This document shows, in pieces, positions 58,300 through 64,000 of a stretch of DNA of 64,000 nucleotides. The stretch lies in the NCBI GenBank assembly GCA_050733935.1, contig JBOHUC010000024.1, positions 8,750 through 72,749 of the forward strand, written 5' to 3'. A program made the position numbers and the translations under genes. Within the stretch, counting starts at the first letter, position 1, and each line of letters starts with the position of its first letter. The DNA comes from Candidatus Eiseniibacteriota bacterium (lineage in GTDB: Bacteria > Eisenbacteria > RBG-16-71-46 > DASYSL01). The notes beneath the pieces were generated by a model that ran no database searches, had not been told where the DNA came from, and saw nothing but the letters and a program-made list of their open reading frames with translations.

Positions 58300-58854
58300 C
58301 TACCATCCAGGGGTGATGCGGCGGCCGAGGCCAAGGGTGACGCCGACCCACTTGCGGGACGCGTCCCCGGTATCCACCATGTTCATCTCGCCGCGCAAGT
58401 CGATGAGCCAGCCGCCCGGCCCGGCACCCATGCCGAGGCCGAAGTTCCACGTCAGCTTGGACTGGTCGAGACCTTCGCGTGTCATCACGGTCGAGCCGAC
58501 GCCGCCGAACGGGTAGAAGCGGAAGCCTTCTCCCGTAAGCCGACCCAGGGCGACGTTGATCCCTGCAGACTTGAGGTCGATACCGTCCCGCTCGGTCGTG
58601 ATCCCCCCGATGTCCAGTTCGGTGGTCCCGCCGGAGCCTGCGAAGAAGTAGGGCTCCAACGAGAAGATCGTGCTCGTCGAGGCCGGGAAACGCACGCCGA
58701 AGCGCGCGCTCGTGGCATCATTATCTTCCTGCTCGATCGGGATGCTCGCTCCGCCCATGCCAACGATGCCGAACGAGAGCGGCTCTGCCAGGACCGGAGT
58801 TACGGCCGAGCCGAGAGCGAGCGCAGCGATGAGACCGATGTTTCGCATGCGCAT
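58300..58854 (-). CDS. Outer-membrane beta-barrel protein (OmpA-like/porin-family barrel)
   Basis: Signal peptide MRMRNIGLIAALALGSAVTPVLA, alternating amphipathic strands, and a C-terminal aromatic residue (...ITPGW). RBS GGGAAGGGAGAA is present. Confidence 0.65.
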   Translation of the reverse strand: MRMRNIGLIAALALGSAVTPVLAEPLSFGIVGMGGASIPIEQEDNDATSARFGVRFPASTSTIFSLEPYFFAGSGGTTELDIGGITTERDGIDLKSAGINVALGRLTGEGFRFYPFGGVGSTVMTREGLDQSKLTWNFGLGMGAGPGGWLIDLRGEMNMVDTGDASRKWVGVTLGLGRRITPGW

Positions 58855-58938
58855 GGGATTCTCCCTTCCCTGTCTCCCGGCCGCCGCGGACGCTCCGCGC
58901 CCGGACCGGACCACGAGCGGGGTGCCCGCGGCGGGGTC

Positions 58939-58966
58939 AGATTATCCGCAACAATTGTTGTGTCAA
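58939..58966 (-). promoter_or_regulatory. Sigma-70-like promoter (TTGACA-16/17 nt-TAATCT) with the 12-bp palindrome CAACAATTGTTG in the spacer
   Basis: The minus strand reads cTTGACAcaacaattgttgcggaTAATCT upstream of the OMP gene. Confidence 0.5.
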
Positions 58967-61863
58967 GAGCTTTGCGTGGCGACCCCCGGAGCTAAGTCGA
59001 GCACCCGCACCGCCTCTTCGAACCAACCGGGGGCCCCGGAGCGCAGGTTCTCGACCAGCGCGCGGTGGCAGGTGAGCACCAGAACCTGGTGCCCGGAGCG
59101 AGTCACCTCACCCAGGGCCTTCAGGAAATGGGCCGCCCGTTCGTCGTCGCTCGTGGCGAATGGATCGTCGAACAAGAGCGGCAGTCGTTCACGCCCGCGC
59201 GCGAGGTACTCGCAGATCGCAAGCCGAAGCGCGAGCTCGACCTGGTCCCGCGCGCCGGCCGAAAGTGCCGCGTCGAGTCGGGAACCGGAAAGCCGCTCGC
59301 CTCCCATCGAAAGGGAAACCTCGAGCTGATCCGAAATGCGGAAGCCTTGATGCGGAAGGCCGAAGCGCACGAGGAACGACTCCGCACGACCCGCGAGATG
59401 CTCCGACCAGCGCGCGTTCGTCTCGCGCGCGACGGTCTGGAACCGCTCGCGCGCCAGCTCGACGGCGTCCTTGAACTGGCGCGCGCGGACGAGCGCCGCC
59501 GAGAGTCGCGTCCGATCCGCGAGGAACCGCGCGAGCCGCTCCGCCGAGTCGCGATCCCGGCCGCCCACGCGCGCGTGAAGATCGATCTGCTCGCTACGCA
59601 CGACCGAGAGCTCGCGCTCGATCGACGCCGCGTCCCGGTCGCCTTCCGCGGGCACGGGCGCGGGCGCGGCTGCGCTCGAAGCGGACGCCGGATCCTCCGC
59701 TGCAGCGAGCTCCGCGCGCAGGCGCTCGAGCTCGGCCGTCTGCGCGCGCTGCGCCCCCTCCGAGAGCAGGCGCTCCTCGGCCCGCGGAATGAGCTCGCGT
59801 TCGAGCGTCTCGAGACGTGCATGCTCGCGGGCACGACGCTCGACGGCCTCGATGACTTCGGCCTCGTTCACTTCTGCGGACGCAAGCCCCAGGCGCTTTG
59901 CGATCGCGACGAGGTCGGCGCGCGCGTCGTCACGCCGCAGCCCGGCCACGCGCTCCTGATCGACGAGACGGGCCTCGACGGCTTCGAGCGACTTCGCGCG
60001 CGCCCGCGCATCGAGCACGGTGCCGATTCCGAGGCGAAGCTTCGCCAGCGCCTCGTGCGCGGGGATGCTCTCGGGAAGACCCGCGCGCCGGGCCAGCCGG
60101 ACGACGTGCTCGAGCGCTTCGGCCCGGCCCGAGCGCGCGCGCGTCGCATCCTCCTCGAGCCATCCGGCGCGCTGGTTCTCCGAGCTCACGCGCAGGAATT
60201 CGCCGTGCTCGCGCAGGAGCGCGGTCACGTCCGGAAATCCGAGGCGTCCCGAAAGGCCGGCCAGGAGATCCTCGCGCGCCTTCCGGCGATGCTGGAGCTC
60301 CCCGAGTCGCCGCTGCGCGTCGAGCACCTGCTTGAGCGCTTCGTTGCGCGCGTTGTTCCGGTGTACCGCGCTCCGGAACAGGAACACAGTGCCGAGGGAA
60401 AGCCCGAGAAGCGTCCCGCCGAGGCCGACGAAGCTCTGGATCACCTGCCCGTGAAGCGCAAACCAGACAGCCGCCGCGCAAGCGACGAGCCCGACCCCGA
60501 TGAACGTGATTCCCCAGCCCCTCTGGCGCCCGCGCTGGCGCGCGATCGCCTCGATCTGCCCCTGGCCCCCCGTGATCGCACGCTGCGCGTTCTCGGTCTC
60601 GACGACGATCGCCTGCGTCTGCGCCGGGTACTGCGTGAGGAGTGTCCGATCCTCGCCGGAGAGACCGCCGAAGCGCCCGGCCCGCTCCGCGAGATACGCG
60701 AGCGACAGGCCGCGCGCCACGAGCTCGCTCTCGAGCGCTCCGAGCTTGTCCGCCGATTCCCGCTCCTGACGGGTGACGCGCTCGAGGTCCTTCTCGAGCA
60801 TGTGGAGCTCTTCGATGTGGCCGGGCGCGGCCCACTCGAACGCGCCGTGCTTCGCCAGCAGAGTCTCGAGTTCGAGCCGGGGAGCAGCGAGATCGCGCTC
60901 GCGCTCCTTCGCAATCTGCTCGAGGGTCGAGAGCGCGGATTCATTCTCCGCTTTCGCGCGTGCAAGGCGGCTCGCCGCGTCCGCCGGGAAATCCCGCGAA
61001 CCCTCGAGACCCTTCACTTCCGTGCGATGGGATTCGAGCTCGCGCCGTTCCGCCGCATCGCGCTCGAGCACGGCCGCGAGATCGCCTATGCGCCGCCGCG
61101 TCTCCTCGCGCCGCACGCGGGTGAGCGCGGCCGTGAGGCGCGCCTCCCTGAGCCCGAGCTCGGTGAGACGCTCGAGCGCGTCCGCGAGCTCGCGCCGCTC
61201 GTTCTCCGCCGAAGCGAGATCCACCTTGTTGGTGGCGAGCGCAATCTCGAGCTTCTTGATCTCGTTCGTGACCAGGCCCGACTGCTGCATTCCGCGATAG
61301 GAACGGAGCGCGTTGTCGAGCACGCCGAACGCAGCCACGGCGGATGCGTCCCCGGTCACGCTCGAGGCCATGCTCTCGAGCATCGCGGTCAGGGAGCCGT
61401 CGGGCCTCACGTCCGCGCCGCCGAGCCGGCCGGGACCGGGCTGCATCCAGAGTGCGGTGCGCGCGAACTGGTCGATGTTCATCCCGAGCAGCTCTTCACC
61501 CAGCTTGTACTCGCCCGAGCCGTGACGGAACGAGTCCGTGACGTCACGACCGTCCTCGTGCACGTTGAGGCGGCCGTTTCCGAAGTGGCGGCTCACGATG
61601 TAGCGCCGGCCCTCGATCTCGAACTCGAGCTCGAGCGCGTACGTCCTCCCGCTCCACGGCCGGTGCTGATCGAGCGGTGTCTCGCGTTCCCGATACGCAC
61701 GGCGGTCGCTGTCGAGTCCGTAGAGGGCGGCCACGATCGCGGCCGCGAGCGTGGTCTTCCCGCGCTCGTTTCCGCCCACGATGAGATGGATGCGCTCGGG
61801 CTCGAACGTCCACGTCCCGGTCAGCGCGCCGAATCCCTCGATCTGAAGACGACGCAGGTTCAC
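58963..61863 (-). CDS. SbcC/Rad50-like AAA ATPase with a long coiled coil and an internal two-TM hairpin (YhaN-like)
   Basis: N-terminal Walker A (IVGGNERGKTT), a C-terminal signature/Walker B/D-loop region (...LPLLFDDPFATSDD...), and mid-protein TM helices (WGITFIGVGLVACAAAVWFAL, FVGLGGTLLGLSLGTVFLF). The GTG start overlaps the sbcD-like stop (GTGA). Confidence 0.8.
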   Translation of the reverse strand: MNLRRLQIEGFGALTGTWTFEPERIHLIVGGNERGKTTLAAAIVAALYGLDSDRRAYRERETPLDQHRPWSGRTYALELEFEIEGRRYIVSRHFGNGRLNVHEDGRDVTDSFRHGSGEYKLGEELLGMNIDQFARTALWMQPGPGRLGGADVRPDGSLTAMLESMASSVTGDASAVAAFGVLDNALRSYRGMQQSGLVTNEIKKLEIALATNKVDLASAENERRELADALERLTELGLREARLTAALTRVRREETRRRIGDLAAVLERDAAERRELESHRTEVKGLEGSRDFPADAASRLARAKAENESALSTLEQIAKERERDLAAPRLELETLLAKHGAFEWAAPGHIEELHMLEKDLERVTRQERESADKLGALESELVARGLSLAYLAERAGRFGGLSGEDRTLLTQYPAQTQAIVVETENAQRAITGGQGQIEAIARQRGRQRGWGITFIGVGLVACAAAVWFALHGQVIQSFVGLGGTLLGLSLGTVFLFRSAVHRNNARNEALKQVLDAQRRLGELQHRRKAREDLLAGLSGRLGFPDVTALLREHGEFLRVSSENQRAGWLEEDATRARSGRAEALEHVVRLARRAGLPESIPAHEALAKLRLGIGTVLDARARAKSLEAVEARLVDQERVAGLRRDDARADLVAIAKRLGLASAEVNEAEVIEAVERRAREHARLETLERELIPRAEERLLSEGAQRAQTAELERLRAELAAAEDPASASSAAAPAPVPAEGDRDAASIERELSVVRSEQIDLHARVGGRDRDSAERLARFLADRTRLSAALVRARQFKDAVELARERFQTVARETNARWSEHLAGRAESFLVRFGLPHQGFRISDQLEVSLSMGGERLSGSRLDAALSAGARDQVELALRLAICEYLARGRERLPLLFDDPFATSDDERAAHFLKALGEVTRSGHQVLVLTCHRALVENLRSGAPGWFEEAVRVLDLAPGVATQSS

Positions 61864-63083
61864 CGCGCGGCCTCTCCGATGTGCTCGTAGCGCGGCGCGA
61901 CGTCCCCGAGCCGAAGCGCATCGAGTCCGTAGTAGAGCGCCGCCTCGAGCAAGCGCCGACGCTCGGGATCGTTCTCCCGATCCATGTCCTCGAGCAACGA
62001 GCGCGCGAACCGCTCCTCGGTCGTGCGCGGCTCCGTGCGCCGGTAGACGTCGAGGTCGTAGTCGGGACGAAGCGCCGACGCATTGATCTCGAGGTGGAAG
62101 CAGCGGTTCGCGAACGCGTCCGCGCCCGGGAGGAGCTCCACGCCGGGCCGAACACGGCCCGTGAGCGTGACGAGCGCGATGTCGTCGGGATTGACGAATG
62201 CGAGATCGAGCTCCTCGGCGATCCGCTGGGTGAGCGCCTCCGGCGAGCCGACGGACTGGAGGCGCACTTCGATCCGGTGCAGGCGGCGCCGGTCGAGCTC
62301 GAGGACGTCCACATCCACGCGCCGGTGATGTCCATTGTGATCGACGGTGACGATCTGAACGTAGCGGCGATCCGTCTCGTCGACGCAGAGCGCGAGCGGC
62401 GAGCCGGAATAGCTTCCGCGAACGACTCCTTCCTCGTCCGTGATGCGGGCCGGGCGGTGGTAGTGACCGAGTGCGGCGTAATCGGCGCCCCACGCGATCA
62501 GCTCGTCGTCGGAGAACGGTGCCGTGAGCTTCTTCCCGAGCGGGAAGAACCCGTCGCGCGAGCCATGGAGCAGGAGCACGTGGAGCTTTCCGGGCGCGAG
62601 CGACGGCCGGTCGAGCGCGAGCACGCGCTCGCTCGAATCCACGTTCTCGTGCACGCATCGCCCCCACACGAAGACGTCGTCGCGGCCCGGGAGCGGCACG
62701 CCCGTGATCTGCGGCAGATCGAAGATGTGGACGTGCGCAGGCCAGGTCGCCTGACCCGCGGCTTCGAGCTTGCGGTTGTCGTAATAGAACGTGGCCCGGG
62801 AGAAGCAGTCGTGGTTGCCCGGAGCGATGAAGATGGGCGGGCATCCCGGTTGCGAGACGCACTCGATCGCGCGCGCCACGGTTTCACGATCCACGATCTC
62901 GCCGTCGAACAGGTCCCCGGGAATGAGGATTGCGTCGAGCTTGCGCTCGATGGCGACCTGCACGGCGCGGGCGAACAGCTCGCGCTGATCCTGGCGCCGC
63001 TTCTCCGCGACGGGGGCGGGGAGCCACGTGAACGGGCGCCCCAGATGGAGATCGGAGAGCTGGAGGAACGTGAAGGAAGGCAT
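61860..63083 (-). CDS. SbcD/Mre11-like metallophosphoesterase (YhaO-like)
   Basis: Calcineurin-like motifs (LQLSDLHLG, IPGDLFD, GNHD, LLHG, GHYH). The internal ATG at 63083 is preferred. Confidence 0.8.
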   Translation of the reverse strand: MPSFTFLQLSDLHLGRPFTWLPAPVAEKRRQDQRELFARAVQVAIERKLDAILIPGDLFDGEIVDRETVARAIECVSQPGCPPIFIAPGNHDCFSRATFYYDNRKLEAAGQATWPAHVHIFDLPQITGVPLPGRDDVFVWGRCVHENVDSSERVLALDRPSLAPGKLHVLLLHGSRDGFFPLGKKLTAPFSDDELIAWGADYAALGHYHRPARITDEEGVVRGSYSGSPLALCVDETDRRYVQIVTVDHNGHHRRVDVDVLELDRRRLHRIEVRLQSVGSPEALTQRIAEELDLAFVNPDDIALVTLTGRVRPGVELLPGADAFANRCFHLEINASALRPDYDLDVYRRTEPRTTEERFARSLLEDMDRENDPERRRLLEAALYYGLDALRLGDVAPRYEHIGEAAR

Positions 63084-63178
63084 CGGGTTGCACCCTACAC
63101 GCCGAGGAGGACAGGAACAAGCCTTGGCCGCTCCGCGGCTGGTCCGCACCGCGCGCGGCATGGTACCGTGAGCGTGTC

Positions 63179-64000
63179 ATGATCGATCCGTTCGGCCGCT
63201 CCATCCGCTATGTGCGCATCTCGGTCACCGACCGCTGCAATCTCCGGTGTCAGTACTGCATGCCCAACGGCTACCTGGGCGGCGAGTCGCCGGCGGACAT
63301 CCTCTCGTACGAGGAGATCGCGACGATTGCCGAGGCGATGGTGGGTCTCGGGGTCCGGAAGTTCCGCCTCACGGGCGGCGAGCCGCTGGTCCGGAGAGAT
63401 CTCCACGTCCTCGTGCGCATGCTGCGCGCGTTTCCCGAAGTCGAAGACCTCGCGCTCTCGACCAACGCGGTCCTCCTGAGGCAGCAGGCGCCCGCGCTGC
63501 GCGAGGCCGGCCTCAATCGGGTCAACATCTCCCTCGACACCCTGAATCCGGAGACGTTCCGCCGGATCTCGGTCAACTCCTCGCTCGACCTCGTCCTCGA
63601 CGGCATCAAGGCCGCGGAGGAGGTCGGGCTCGACCCGATCAAGCTCAACATGGTCGTGATGAAGGGCGTGAACGACGGTGAGATCGAGGACATGGCCCGC
63701 CTCACGTTCGAGAAGCCGTGGACGATCCGCTTCATCGAGGTCATGCCGATGCGGCAGGACCCCGGGCGCCAGGCCGGCCAGTATGTCTCGACCGACACGA
63801 TTCAGGCCCGGCTCGAGCGGGTCGGAACGCTCGTCCCCGTCCCGCGCGACGCGAATGCGGGTCCGGCCCGCGAGTACCGCTTCGAGGGCGCGCGCGGGGC
63901 GGTTGGCTTCATCACCCCGCTCTCGCACACGTTTTGCGCCACCTGTAATCGAGTGCGGATGACGACGACCGGGAAGCTCCGCCTGTGCCTGTTCGGCGAG
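63179..64000 (+). CDS. moaA: GTP 3',8-cyclase MoaA (radical SAM), N-terminal part; continues past the window end
   Basis: Translation from the ATG at 63179 gives MIDPFGRSIRYVRISVTDRCNLRCQYCMP (CxxxCxxC radical SAM motif), GGEPLVRRDL and NGV. It is not in the ORF table because no stop falls inside the window. Confidence 0.85.
   Translation, partial: MIDPFGRSIRYVRISVTDRCNLRCQYCMPNGYLGGESPADILSYEEIATIAEAMVGLGVRKFRLTGGEPLVRRDLHVLVRMLRAFPEVEDLALSTNAVLLRQQAPALREAGLNRVNISLDTLNPETFRRISVNSSLDLVLDGIKAAEEVGLDPIKLNMVVMKGVNDGEIEDMARLTFEKPWTIRFIEVMPMRQDPGRQAGQYVSTDTIQARLERVGTLVPVPRDANAGPAREYRFEGARGAVGFITPLSHTFCATCNRVRMTTTGKLRLCLFGE

Overview
This is a high-GC (about 70%) bacterial chromosomal segment. Genes are densely packed, and many junctions are start/stop overlaps (ATGA, GTGA, TTGA) with frequent GTG or TTG starts. 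No rRNA, tRNA or CRISPR array was seen. The content is mainly housekeeping, envelope and regulatory genes. It includes three ECF sigma factor loci and two Ser/Thr kinases, one partial at the window start. There are two SPFH/band-7 loci, a sigma-54 enhancer-binding protein, a sugar ABC transporter next to glutamate dehydrogenase, an ABC-2 exporter, GTP cyclohydrolase I, arginase, a TldD/TldE peptidase pair, glycosyltransferases, a TPR protein, a TolB-like beta-propeller lipoprotein, an A-type Fe-S carrier and partial MoaA. Several DinB-like paralogs and several GNAT acetyltransferases are also present. The lineage guess is a Gemmatimonadota- or Acidobacteria-like Gram-negative organism. That guess is inferred from ECF sigma richness, TPR-kinases and a T9SS/FlgD-Ig-like C-terminal sorting domain; nothing in the sequence proves it. 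The most interesting unexplained structure is a near-consensus sigma-54 promoter (TGGCACC-N4-TTGC) on the minus strand at 38205-38221. It drives a tandem, translationally coupled array of three to four paralogous small secreted proteins with proline-rich tails (36928-38130). A GAF-AAA+ sigma-54 activator with an extra C-terminal domain is encoded convergently next door (34807-36906). Other notable items are a six-gene overlapping operon (NfeD-SPFH-DUF1684-NTF2-like-DinB-DUF1572), a perfect 20-bp palindrome family present both in an intergenic region and in-frame inside a DUF222-HNH endonuclease gene, and a nuclease islet (HNH plus Cas4-like PD-(D/E)XK) behind a low-GC leader with 20-bp tandem repeats. 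There is also an orphan HExxH-domain::HicA-like fusion protein and a YhaO/YhaN-like SbcD/SbcC pair with a membrane hairpin inside the coiled coil. All homology calls come from motif recognition by eye. No database search was run.
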